The notes under the pieces are model-generated. The model had not been told where the DNA came from. It made no database searches and worked only from the letters and a program-made list of their open reading frames with translations. From Xylographa opegraphella (Eukaryota), in assembly GCA_022813865.1 (NCBI GenBank), contig JALDZX010000002.1:558001-622000 (forward strand): a stretch of DNA of 64,000 bases. The letters are read 5' to 3'. Within the stretch, counting starts at the first letter, position 1; each line of letters starts with the position of its first letter. Made by a program: the position numbers and the translations under genes. Below are positions 23,400 to 35,356 of this stretch, piece after piece.

Positions 23400-25540
23400 T
23401 CACCGAGTCCGAATGACACCCTGCTCATGATTAGTCAATCTTGACAAGACCCTGGGAGAGGAATAAGCCTACCGCTGAAATGAGCTTCTGGATCTTGAGC
23501 CGCTAGGAATATAATGTTAGCAATTCACTCCTTATCAGTACAAGCCAAGCGACATGGTTTGCTCAAACCATATCTCAAAGCCTTGCATACACGACAAAAC
23601 CAGGACCAGAAAATACATACTATTCCGGGATTTCTCATATGTTCTTGAAGAGCCTTTGGATCTCCCTTGGCCTGCTGAAGGATGCTTTGCATGACGGGAT
23701 CTTGGAGAATCGCCATGATCTGTATCACAAATCAGCGATCAAATAAGAGATAGGTGGATTGGTTATGCTTACATCGGGATCCTTCTGGATTCTTTCCATG
23801 GTCTGCTCTTCAGTCTCTCCCTCGCGACCTGCGAACTGTGCCTGCAAGGCCTTCTGTTGCTGCTGCTCTATTTCTCGGTGATTGGCGCCACTTTCATCAT
23901 GCTCGAGAGCCTCAGCGCAGACGTCCAGGCACTTGTTGTATTCTTTCATTGCGAAGTAGGCCTGTGCCTTTCTGAGATATGCTCGGATAAACTTGGGGTC
24001 TCTCTTGATAGCCTCGTCACAATCAGTTACAGCCCCTGGGAATGTCATCAGTTTGATGAGAGCGGCGGCACGGTTCGAATAGCCTCGTGGATCATCCGGA
24101 GCACGTTTGGTCATCTCAGTATAAGCTTCCACTGCACCAGGCCAGTCAGCCTCCTTGAACTTCTGGTTGCCAAGCTCCCGCGCCTTATCAGCCTCTTCTG
24201 GATTGATGTATGATTCTTTTTCGGCTGTGATCTTGGCTTTCTCTACAGCTCTTAACTTGTTAAGGATGTCTGGTGTGCGATGCTCAGTAAGTGACTTTTG
24301 GTAGTTAATGATAGCGGAAGAGAGGTCGCCGAGCTTTTCGTACGAAGTACCGATACGGCCAAAAGCTCTGCGACGGGTCAGTATATATATTTATAGTTTG
24401 GGAATAGATGTGAACGCACTTTGCGATGATTTTGAAGTCTGCTAGTACCTCCCGGCCTTCCTCGATAGCCTTCTGGCAAGTTTCAATAGCGGCGTGATAA
24501 TCCCCTTTCTCAAATTGCGCCGCGCTCATGTTTGTCAAATAAGTAATATCCTTGTGCAGATCCCAAGCTCTTGAGTAATGCTCAATAGCTGCGTCAAACT
24601 GTCTTTTCTTGTAGTTTTCAGTTCCCAACTTCTTTTCGGCCTCGGCTTCTTCCTTAGCCTTCTTCTTTGCAGCAGCTTCCTCGTCCTCGGGCTCTGGTTC
24701 TGGTTCGGGCTCCGGTGCTTTGGTTGACTGACCAGTAGCTGCCGAAGAAGGTCGAGCATCTGCCATTGGTGTATCCTCTTCCGGTTCTCGTGTTCCTCCG
24801 AATGCAGGGTTGTCACCGGTCCCCTCACCAGGTGCACCGAAGGACATGTCGATGCCAAGGAGCACACTTATAACTTGTAAGAAACGTGGATCACTCATCG
24901 CTTCTCCAACATTGTTAGGATTCTGCTTGAGTTTCTGCAGTTTAGCCATAAAGCTTGGATCAGCCAGAAGGGCGCTGGTCTTTGGATTGCCAGTCATCTT
25001 CTGTATCAGCTGGGGATCATTGAATAAACCGCCAAGTCCGCCGCTAGCATCACCACCAATCCCATCGTCTTTGGCCTCCGATTCTATAGCACGTTGGACA
25101 GCAGCTAGGCCTGATTTCGCCTGGGCATTGGCAGAGTCAAGCTCGATAGCTTTCTCAAACGCATCGAGTGCTCCAACTGAGAAATCTTTAGCACTAAGCT
25201 TCTCGATTCATAGAGGAAGTAAGTTACCTAGATCTCCAGTACCGTGGAGAGCCGAACCTTTGCGGCCCCAACCTTTCGCCCAGTCCGGTTTGAGCTCTGT
25301 GGTTTTATTTGCATCTTCGAGCGCTTTGTCAAAGTCTTTCAGAGACGCATATGCTCCCGATCTGTTCGAGTAAAGAACATGATTCGCAGGTTCAAGCTCG
25401 ATAGCCTGAGTAAACTTTTCTCTGTGCTTTGTTTAGTCGAAGAACCTTAGTCAATACATATGTTTTTCCACATACATTGCTTCGTCGAAATTTTTGGCTG
25501 CAAAAGCCTTGTTACCTTCAGCTTTCAGAGCGTCTGCCAT
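23400..25540 (-). CDS. STI1: Hsp70/Hsp90 co-chaperone Sti1/Hop, multi-exon
   Basis: [16 protein letters not shown] start, three TPR clusters ([13 protein letters not shown]), DP domains ([18 protein letters not shown]), and a [15 protein letters not shown] end. Confidence 0.95.
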
Positions 25541-25628
25541 GACAGTAGGGTTGAGCTGGAATCACAAAACTTTCTGCAAGAATTGAAATACAATATATGG
25601 GCAGAAATGAAGTGATTCTGGCATGGGT

Positions 25629-25708
25629 TTCTAGAACTTCGTAGAAAAGACCGCCGTGAAGCTCTGGCCCACAGCAGTATCCCTGTCACCGCTCTTGGCA
25701 GAACTTTC
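25629..25708. promoter_or_regulatory. Heat-shock elements upstream of STI1
   Basis: TTCtaGAA-n7-GAA (gap-type HSE) at 25629-25646 and GAActTTC at 25701-25708, 90-170 bp upstream of the STI1 ATG. Confidence 0.6.
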
Positions 25709-25870
25709 TTGTGTCATCGCACTACCAAATACAAATTATCCTTGTAACTCCCTCGACCGCAGCTTCAGATCCTTCAGTCTCCAGGTCATAATCGTGTTCC
25801 GCTTGAGGTACGGAAGCCTGCCTTAGAATATGCTTTCAGATTAAGAACTCTCTCACCACATTTTCTGGCG

Positions 25871-26980
25871 ATGGCGACAAACGCGAACAACCCACAGGAG
25901 GCACAACCTACTCCTTCGAGTCCCAAGGAGCTCTGCAATGCCCTGTACGCATCGTGTGCAAGTCGATTCAAACCAGACGTGGTTTTCCATCAGGAAGATA
26001 TTTGGCCCTTAAAGATTATACCAAATGACAATCTCTCGGACCTGATGATGTGCATAAATCGACTGATGCAAGATGGATTGCTCAAGCTTCACAACGCTGG
26101 TGGTAGTAGGGCTGGCTGGAAGGTTGTGTCGAGAGAGAACGCAAAAAAGTTCGACTTCTCTATTTGAATTATTGTACTTGCTGCTAAGCTTACGTTAGAC
26201 AGGTATCAAAACCTGACAATTGAGGAAGCCCTGGTCTACTCATATGTTGAGTCCTCGGGGCGCGAGGGTATATGGACCCGTACCATTCGATCTCGAACCA
26301 ATCTCCATCAAACGACCATGAACCGATGCCTTAAGATACTGGAGTCCAAAATTCTGATAAAGCCTATCAAGAGCGCAAAATTTCCTAAGAGGAAAATATA
26401 TATTCTTGCACACCTGCAACCATCAGACGATGTCACTGGTGGCGCTTTCTATACTGATGGAACACTTGATGAAGAATTTGTGAACCAATTATGTATTTGG
26501 GCCGAAAGGTATGTGCTTGGAAGAAGCTGGTATCATCCGCCAATAAAGCCTCTTCCGAAGATAAAAGGGAAGTCAAAACTCTCTGCGGAAGAAGCAGACA
26601 AATTAAGAGCAGAAGAGTTTCGTGTGGCGGAGAGAGAAAGAGCTACGGCGATGATACCTATGCCTGCAGGCTATAGAGGCTATCCTACTGTATCGGAAAT
26701 CACAAAAGCTGTCAACGAATCCGGCGTATCAGAAGTGGTTCTGAAAGAGGCAGAGATGCGTCAGTTGATGGAAATTCTCTGTTGGGATAACCGTCTCATG
26801 AAAGTAATGGGAGGCAGAGGCTTCAAAGCTGTCCGTCTTGGAGATGGTAAAGATGGCAGTAAGATCCAGAACGGACTCACCGAGGCTCCGTGTGGTCGAT
26901 GTCCAGTTTTTGACCTTTGTGAAGAAAGTGGACCTGTCAACGCGAGGACTTGCACATATTTTCTGGACTGGCTTGCTTAA
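25871..26980 (+). CDS. RPC34: RNA polymerase III subunit C34 (intron about 26149-26202)
   Basis: EEALVYSYVESSGREGIWTRTIRSRTNLHQ, LQPSDDVTGGAFYTDG and C-terminal PCGRCPVFDLC...C Fe-S motif. Confidence 0.93.
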
Positions 26981-27675
26981 GAATAGGAAGTCTATGCATA
27001 GCGACGGCGCAAATTTACTAGAACATATACCCCCTGTGCGAGCATATCTTGCCTCATCATCTTTGGTGTCTTTATCAACCGTGGACTAGTGGTCTCTACG
27101 TTGCTCATGTATCTATCTTTACTGAACGAGCTTAGATCTAGCAGCTGTGCTGAAACAATTACCATCAATATTACTGTCAAGCTTAACTCGTGGTCTGTAG
27201 CGTAAAGATCATGTGTTGTATTGGAAGTAGTCTTGTCCAAGTTCAAGCCTTTGAGCAGTATCATAGTCCAAGTCGAGAGTCGACACAATCTTTAAAGGAA
27301 CAGTGATCGTATTCCAGTAAAGCAAATTAATGATATGGTTGACTGCCTTTTCCAACCTCTCCGGGGCCGTCAATCATATTTCGTAGCCACCATATATGCG
27401 TTACATGACTGTCATTGCAAAGCATTTCGTGTGCTGGAAGTAGCGACCAACACAATCAGGAACTCCAGAACATGAATGGGAAATGCTTCCGCCGAGGAAC
27501 ATAATATTTGAGTTTGGCTCCTGTGACAGGTACAATCACACCATGATCCCTAGATGCAGAGAAATCGACTGTTCTGTCAAAGGGTATACATCTGGCTGAG
27601 ACGATGATTCTTGAACAACCCATTAAAGCTGATTCAAAAGCGAGCACCAAAAGCCCGAAAGCACCAAAAGTCGGC

Positions 27676-27743
27676 TGGCGGAAGGGGGAATCGAACCCAC
27701 AACCACTACAAAAAGTATGTAGAAACTCAAACGTTCTAGCGCC
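27676..27743 (-). ncRNA. tRNA-like element or tRNA pseudogene with a canonical B box
   Basis: Minus strand reads GGCG...CTACA-TACTTTT-TGTAG TGGTT GTGGG-TTCGATT-CCCCC TTCCGCCA, followed by T-runs. The T arm and anticodon-type arm are present. The acceptor stem and D arm are imperfect. Confidence 0.4.
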
Positions 27744-30554
27744 GTATCATTACAGAAAGAAATCGTCTGAACGGGGACATTACGGTATGGATGTCGCAGT
27801 ATAAGGTCCCCCTCCCGACGGGAGTAGTTGTAGTGGAAGACGCTGCTGGCCGTGACCTTCCTACCTAGTAACAAGAGATGGCATGCAACTCTGGCATGTA
27901 TCCTCTTTCGTGCTTTCTCAGCCATGTATGCCTGCTATCCTTACATGCTTCCTGTGAGGACAGTGCTGCAAAATTGCGAAAAAACCATTTCAGGGGAAAC
28001 TGCCCAGGCAGTTTCTATTTCGCTCAACCAGCAAGGGATACTTGAAACTCGTGCTGGAGGCTCAACTCGTGGTGCTGATGATTAGCAGGTTGACCACCAG
28101 GTATTCGCAATTGATCGTCAATTAAGGGAGAAGGACTTGCCAGCTGCAGCTTTGTCTCCAATGAGTATTATGGGTGTACGGTAATGGCGTGGCAGGCTAC
28201 GGGATAGAGGAGCCGCGGTGCCCATTCGGGTACCGGACAAACTTGACGTATCAAACGTAGCCAAGTCTATCCAAGTACACTACGCTCCGACCTCGATCGC
28301 TTGAGAGATGGAGCTCTTATTTAACTATATGTCCTTGACACTCCGAAAATTCGAGCAACCAACAACCACCGGATTGAGAGCCACGATTTGAAATGTACTT
28401 CAAAGCTCGAGACTCTTGTTTGCAGGAAGTCATAAATTTCTTTTTGCGACCGTGGTGTCCGATAAATGTGATTGGAAGAGCGTTATTATTTTGCTGCCGA
28501 TTCTGGGGGCTTTCGGGGTCCACTTAATGGGGCCAGGAACGTCAAGATTTCAATTGATATTTTGACGCATACCACCGCAAATTAAAATTGACCGAGCATG
28601 CCTAATCAGAACGAAATGCAAGCGCCTTGCAGAAATTGCATTGATGTGAATTGACTAGTTGACCCCGAGTATACCCATCAAGGCACGGGAACACTGTTGG
28701 GTCCGTGTGATTGGTTCTAGTGGTTGATGATCTGTTCAATATTCGTTGAAGCGGATAGAAGGAAGGTGATGGTCTTCTTATTGTTCCAACTTAAGAATAT
28801 CGTATCCTGGATGGAATGATTCTCCATTGTTGTCCGGAATGCAGTCCTCGTGCTGGAAAGCGAGAGACTCGGTGAAGTGACAATTGGGCTAGACTTTGCG
28901 TCTTCCTAAAGTCGAGAAAAATATTGACAAATATGAGAATCGAGGTAAGCTGCAATGCATCATCTGGTTTGATGGTTGATGCCACAGTAAAAATTAGTAC
29001 AAGATCCGTGTGATGCAGGTGGCAGACAACATTTTCCCTTTCATTGGGTACCACTGAGAAATGCTGAGCACAACGACAGGAAAGGCAGTATTCTGACAAT
29101 TGAACAGTATGTTTTCTGGAATTGTCACTATGAACCTGGCATTGCAGACGGAATATAATCCGATCTGTTGTATGCCGCAATAGCCGCGAGATCCGTTCAT
29201 ACTGAATGGTCAATTCCAGTGATCCCATCACTATACATGCTACACATAGCAAGAGCGCAGGAAAGGAACGTATAACAGGTCATACTCTTAAATATCCAAA
29301 ACGTCATGTCACCTCTACAGAAGATGATGGTATGAAGCAATATCAGCGAAGCATTACATGATCGCAAACATTATAAGTACCTCATCCTACCAGGAGAACA
29401 CGAAGTAAGAAGAACAGTGATAGATTACGCATAACTACCAGTTCCATAGCACTCGGACTTGAGAATTTCTTTGAAGAATGGATCACCTGGAAATAATACA
29501 TCACAAGGATTCGACGGGGTCGCTACAAGACATTTCTAGTGCTAATTAAACGTTGTACACCATGCTGAAGTACTAAATCATAGGAGTGAGATATAGGGGC
29601 TATAAACGTATTGTGTAACCATTGTTCGTTGTTCCTGCGGATATTCTTCCAACTGGATGTCAGAACACTCACCGCTTCGATGGAACAAAGGATCACCAAA
29701 GCATCAGCTAACGAAAACCACTCATATTGATGCTATACCACGATTGAATTAGGTTGTAAAGAATATTACGAAAACTAAGACACGAGCTTTTTATCACAGT
29801 GCAAGGTAAGATAAGGTACCTAAGGTAGGTAGGCAAGCAACCAAGATTTAGGACTTGGTGATTGTGGCCAAAAGCCCTCGCTAAAATCAATCCGAGCTAG
29901 GATGGTAAGAGTTAGCGTAGGGCTACTACCTGGATCTCCACGAATCACGTGCTACCATTTCCCTTGTGCAGGAATATGGTTCTGTAAGCTCCGCCATGAG
30001 CACACCGCCTCGTCTGCATATCAACCTGTCAATCACGTTAGTCGCGCATGTCTCACGAGAAAGGACTCGCACCAAGTATCACCAGCGAGCATGTACGAGA
30101 AGGATGATACCACCTTCCCTTACTCGCGCGAGACCCGATAGGCCCGTGAGCGAGGATTGCCAAGCGTATATGCACGCCCTCATTGAATCAACCCGCTTCT
30201 GGCTTTGCTAGCAGAGACCCTCTCGTATTTTCTTGCCGACCTATTGTTGGGATAGCATCATGTGACGCGCTCTTCACTTGAAAGGATGGTTTTACTTCAC
30301 AAAATGCAAGATATTGTTGAATTGGAAAAGTTCTGCTTCAACTTCCTTATTTAAGTCTATTCACACGGAAGCTGGCATCGGACGCCCGCGTCATTGCAGA
30401 ACACTGTTTTCATTCACTGCTTTGTAACTTGGCTGTCTGGACTACCGATTGTTTCTTTCTTGACTTCATATTATACTCCTTGCTTACGTTCTCCTCTTCT
30501 ATATCTTATCCTTCTCCACTGGCTCAAATCGCCACTCATCGACATCACAACATC

Positions 30555-31322
30555 ATGATTCCAGCAAATATCCTCCCCACGGTCATGCACCTCATCCTCT
30601 TCGCCGTACTCGCCTTGGCCAACCCTCTCCCCAATCCAGCCCCAGATTCTACCGCCTCCACCTACACGCCCTCCACCACCTACGCAAACGGCACCGCCAA
30701 CCCCTTCTATCCATGCGGCACCACCGCCTCTGAAATCGCCGCGTGCCCCTACCGCTGCTACACGCCCAGCGGCACCCTTCTCCCCCAATGCTACACCGCC
30801 GCCGGCGCACACGCCTTCTCCGTCTCCGGCGAAGCCATCTGCGTCAAATGCCTCCCGCCCACCGCCCCTGCCGACTACCCCGGCGGCTGCACCCCGCTCA
30901 GCACCTACTTCGCCGGGCAGGACCCTTCCCCCTGCGGATTCGCGCACCACCGCCTGCCCGGGTGCGCGTGGATCTGCGGCGAAGCCCAGGTGCCGTTCGA
31001 CCTGTGCAGCGCGTCCAACACAACCGGCCAGTTTTCCCTCTGCAGTAAGTGCGTGCCGCAGTGCTCGAGCCCGCAGGTGGCGCTGCGCTTGCAGCTGTCG
31101 GGCACTCCGCCGCAGCCGGCGCCGGCGTTCAGCCTGAGTAACGGGACTTGCGCTGATGGGGAGGGTGGCCTGGCGCAAAGGGAGCGGGCCGCGTGTCCGT
31201 GGCGCTGCACTTTTGCTGGCTATCCGGTGGGGACGAAGTTTTGCTCCTTGACGAATAAGACGGATACGGGGGGCCCGGGATTGGGGTTCACGGCTTGTGA
31301 GGAGTGTGTGAGGAAGGGATGA
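30555..31322 (+). CDS. Secreted cysteine-rich protein with three six-Cys modules
   Basis: Signal peptide MHLILFAVLALANPLP, intronless GC-rich ORF, 20 Cys in the mature part arranged in a repeating pattern. Confidence 0.8.
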   Translation: MIPANILPTVMHLILFAVLALANPLPNPAPDSTASTYTPSTTYANGTANPFYPCGTTASEIAACPYRCYTPSGTLLPQCYTAAGAHAFSVSGEAICVKCLPPTAPADYPGGCTPLSTYFAGQDPSPCGFAHHRLPGCAWICGEAQVPFDLCSASNTTGQFSLCSKCVPQCSSPQVALRLQLSGTPPQPAPAFSLSNGTCADGEGGLAQRERAACPWRCTFAGYPVGTKFCSLTNKTDTGGPGLGFTACEECVRKG

Positions 31323-31942
31323 TGGTTATAGGGTTTTGGAAACTTTCTGGGAGTGGAGGGAGAGACGAGGTTATCAAAGGATGAAGGCAGTCAATGAAGG
31401 TTGAAGGGGGGGGTTTGGAATGGCTCTTGGTCGATGACTATACCACCTTATCATGTAGTGATGCTTGCTCGAGGCGGCGGAATGGAACGGCCTTCTTCCT
31501 GGCGTATCAGCCTCGAAGTCGTTCGGCAATGTGCTTAGCTCAATTAGATTGGTCAATGCTATCCGTCCAACAGGCTACAGCGCTTCCGGCATGATGTGTT
31601 AAGCAGGACAATTCTTAAATGGTTGTGCAGTATCATGGCTCAATGCACGACAAGCACAATCAGCCTGACTCGAAACGTACGTTCTGACGTCACCAGACTT
31701 TCCGGTTCACATTGTGCATTCTGTTCTCGTTATCTTCATTGTGTTAGTCTCTGCGCTTTCTTGGAGATTGCTTGTCTGGGATAGTTGAGAAAACTTCCTG
31801 TTCTATACCGGTATGCTCAATAGTTCACGTCTCTCTAATTAATGCACGCAACTATATATAAAAACATACATGCATGCATTTAAGAATCCACAGTAGTAAA
31901 GCTCCCCAGCCACCCTTTGTGCCACTGCCCAATGATCAATAA

Positions 31943-32266
31943 TTAAGAAATCTCGTCAATAGAAGAATCATCACAAGCCAGGTCAGGGAAAGCCTCCTTT
32001 AGTATCATAAATGCAGTCAATCGCTGCGCTTTTTCGGCCAACACACGATCCTCAGAATCTAGCCGAGCTTGCGTCTCCTCGTCAAGTTCTTTTATGGATT
32101 TGGTGCACATCCCGCACCGTCCCTCAAGAGGCACAACTCTGCGAATATCGATCACTTTCGGAGATCCGCAGCAATGGTCATTATCTGTGCGCGCCCAATC
32201 GCACCACTGAAACGGACGCGTGCCGCCATGACAACATCGCCAGATGGTAACCTCAGAAAAACACAT
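31943..32266 (-). CDS. Small hypothetical protein with MC...CxH...C...C...CxxC putative zinc-binding motif and a coiled-coil tail
   Basis: MCFSEVTIWRCCHG...WCDWA...HCCG...GRCGMC followed by helical KELDEETQARL. Confidence 0.6.
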   Translation of the reverse strand: MCFSEVTIWRCCHGGTRPFQWCDWARTDNDHCCGSPKVIDIRRVVPLEGRCGMCTKSIKELDEETQARLDSEDRVLAEKAQRLTAFMILKEAFPDLACDDSSIDEIS

Positions 32267-33679
32267 CTTGATAATGCACCACAAAAAGTAGTATCACAGG
32301 AAGTAGTTTGATGCGGGAAGTTGACGTTTTCTAGGATACAAGATACCTACCGAGGGCGATATCAGCATTATACGAACTAAGGAAAGCACAAGTCTATACT
32401 AACAACCCTGGGTTTCTGTGTTGAAATAGAGCTTCTTATCAAATTTTCAAGCTTTGTTAGTGTAGCGTCGTTGGTGCTCAGAATCTGGTAACTGTTGTTG
32501 GAATGCTGCGATGCAGTAGATCTGACAGGCTTCACAAGGCGTGAGACAAGGGATGTACGTTCCGGGAGTCTAGTGGTGTCGACGCCGTCTCTACAGATTT
32601 CAAAGCCATTAGTGATGACCCAGCTAGCAGTTGTAGTGGATTGAAGATCGTAGAAGAGTATGATAGATATCTGACAACATTTCCCTGCGAATTTCCCTGC
32701 GAAGATACTAGGTTTATGAAATGAACAGACACCTTATCTGGCGGATTATGTATGTGTAGGCCTCGAAATTTTAAGTGCCTTGAAGTTTGATTGTTATTGA
32801 GGGTGGAGAAAGAAAATTGGAAAGAGGTGGACATGGTCGAGTAATTATAGACAGCCTGAAGGTCGTGCAAGATCTCACAAAGAAGGATAACGCCAAGGTC
32901 CATGTGTATCAGTAAACCTTCTTCGGTATTGTGTGGCAAGCTTTGTGACCAGCTAAAGTGAATGAATATACATGCAAGAGTGATCAACGCATGATGGAAG
33001 CAGCGGAGCGGATTCACGGATTAAAGTTTCTGTTGTTCACGAATGTGAATGTGAATTGTAACAAAGCGGCGAAGATATCATGTAAAAGCTTGCAAGAAAC
33101 ATAGGCAAGTGGTAGATGGGCATTTGCGTCTTTCAAATATCATCCGAGTGTCCGCAGAGCCAGGGTTGACTACTTCTCTCAAACCCTAGAAAGGTAGCAT
33201 AAGTGGATAATCGAAGCTATGAGTTTAGTGGAATATGCGTTTGCATGGTGTGAAATGAATTGAAAAGTAAATAAATGAGAGGATCGTGGAATGCTCCACC
33301 TTTAACGCTTAAGCGCTTAAAGCGGGATTTGCTTATCCTAGAGTTGGGGTGTTGGAGGTGTGCGGATATAAATATGGTTTCCTTTGCTACCATCGCAACA
33401 ACTGTGATCTTGAAGTCATGATTGAGCTCGTTAACTGTAGTGATACATGCCTTGAGGTACTAGCATACAAGAATTCAAAAAAGCTTCTCCAAGAAGCACC
33501 CGGAACCACCTGCAACTTCCTCTTTCGATGTTATTGATAACAAAAATACCAGCAACGCACGCATCCAAAAAGACCGAGATACTTCTCCCTCTACTGTCCC
33601 CCAGGCATTAATCGTAGAAACCGACGGCATGCAAGCTGGATCTCAAAAGCACCGATATGCCACCAGCCTATAGTGGTCT

Positions 33680-34525
33680 CTACCGTGCTCGGCCCTTTGA
33701 ACCACTACGACTACCACGACCAGCACTACCAGCCCGACTACCAGCACCCCGACCAGCACCACCATGACCACTATCACCACCATCACCAGAAGTATGACTG
33801 TAGTCCTGAGAGCCCGGCTGGCCCTGAGCGACCGGATGGCCCTGAGCGACCGGATGGCCCTGAGCGACCGGATGGCCCTGAGCGCCCACATAGTTCTGAG
33901 AGCCCGGACAGTACTCGGAGCCCGGATAGTTTTCGGAGCCCGGATAGCCCTGAGATTCCCAGTAGTTCACCGACTTCCAGTAACTCCTAGGGTCCGGATA
34001 ATTTCCACAGTCCCAGTAGCCCGAAGATTTGAAGTACTCCTCCTGTTCCTGATAGCTCTGATAGCCCTGATAGGACGGAGGAGGTGACGCGAAGCTTTGA
34101 CCCGCGGGAACCGGCAGCTGGGACCCACTGGCTTGAGGATTGGATACGGGTAGCGCAGGTTCGTTATTGGTAGCAAGCTCTGGCACCATGCGTGAATACC
34201 GCGTAGTTAGTATTCCAGACAGGTACCTCAGCTCTACACCTGTCAGGCGAATACTTGGTCGAGACTGCAACAATTTTCCTTCGTGCGGCATGTTGGTTGT
34301 GCCTTTGGAGTTCTGTAATGCCGGCGCCGATGTGAACTCGTTTTCTCGGCATGAGGGACACAAGGAGGGCATTATAGGTTTATAATCCGGATCGGGTATG
34401 TTTTCGACCAGCTCGTAACACTCCCCGACCCAGTGAGGCCAATCACCTTCTCCTTCGTCCGTTATAAATCCGAATGTAACACGATGAGTACAGTCTAAAT
34501 AGTTTAGTTCAACTAGTCGATACAT
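33680..34525 (-). CDS. Hypothetical protein with CxH...C...CPxC motif and hexapeptide repeats
   Basis: MYRLVELNYLDCTH...GECY...LCPSCR, then YWxSxx, YPGSEx and GHPVAQ repeats and a Gly-rich tail. The start codon is uncertain. Confidence 0.55.
   Translation of the reverse strand: MYRLVELNYLDCTHRVTFGFITDEGEGDWPHWVGECYELVENIPDPDYKPIMPSLCPSCRENEFTSAPALQNSKGTTNMPHEGKLLQSRPSIRLTGVELRYLSGILTTRYSRMVPELATNNEPALPVSNPQASGSQLPVPAGQSFASPPPSYQGYQSYQEQEEYFKSSGYWDCGNYPDPRSYWKSVNYWESQGYPGSENYPGSEYCPGSQNYVGAQGHPVAQGHPVAQGHPVAQGQPGSQDYSHTSGDGGDSGHGGAGRGAGSRAGSAGRGSRSGSKGRAR
33821..33884. repeat. Coding tandem repeat, 18-bp unit GCCCTGAGCGACCGGATG, about 3.5 copies
   Basis: Perfect copies at 33821, 33839 and 33857, partial at 33875. 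Encodes GHPVAQ on the minus strand. Confidence 0.95.
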
Positions 34526-35356
34526 CGTGGAAGCAGGCAACGATCCAGAATGCTTGGTGAACTTGGCAATCGGCGTATCAGGCGAGTCTTGCATAGAGAT
34601 ATTGCAAGTGAGTGACAGACGTCTATTGTCAGACACGATCACTCGTCGATGCTCTAGAGCCTCCTTGGTGGCTGCACAGGAGCTAAACCAATCAAGTATT
34701 TGAATGGTAGAGTAGGCCCGGTAGCTCTATATCACCGCAAGAAGGGTTTTGTGGGTTTGAGCTCCGATAGTGTCGTATGCGCTGTTGCAAAGCGCAGAAG
34801 AGCTCGATGGTTGCCAGTCTGGAATGGTATGATGTAAGTGCGAGAACAAATGCTTGCATTACTATTCCGCACATAAACGAACAAGTATTACCAGAAGAAC
34901 GCAGTGAAAATGCCAGAGAGTAGGAATATGAATTCGTGATTTCAACGTACTGGAGTACCCTGATGTATATGGAGACGCGAGTCTAATGGTGCTTTGATCG
35001 AGAGACCCTCTATTCGTAGAAGCGCTTGACGATTTGATGGATAAAGGAAGCAGAGAAGCATCAATGGAGAGAAGAGGACTCGTTCTTATATCTAACTAAA
35101 GCCGCGCCATTTCACTAAGAGCAGTGAAGCCAGAACTCAATGAACTCAGTAATTTCCTGTGAACACGAGGCCAATCATAGATTCACAGTAAAAACGGACG
35201 CCAGAAGCATATATATGTAAGCATCACTAAACAGCACAGTGAAGGAACTCGTAGTCCAGATTGCTTGTTATTTCAAAAGGTGACACTAAAATCGCTGGGT
35301 ATCATGTAAGAAAAAGAAGAAGATCTGGGTGATTGGTGCGTCGAGATCGTTCTGGT

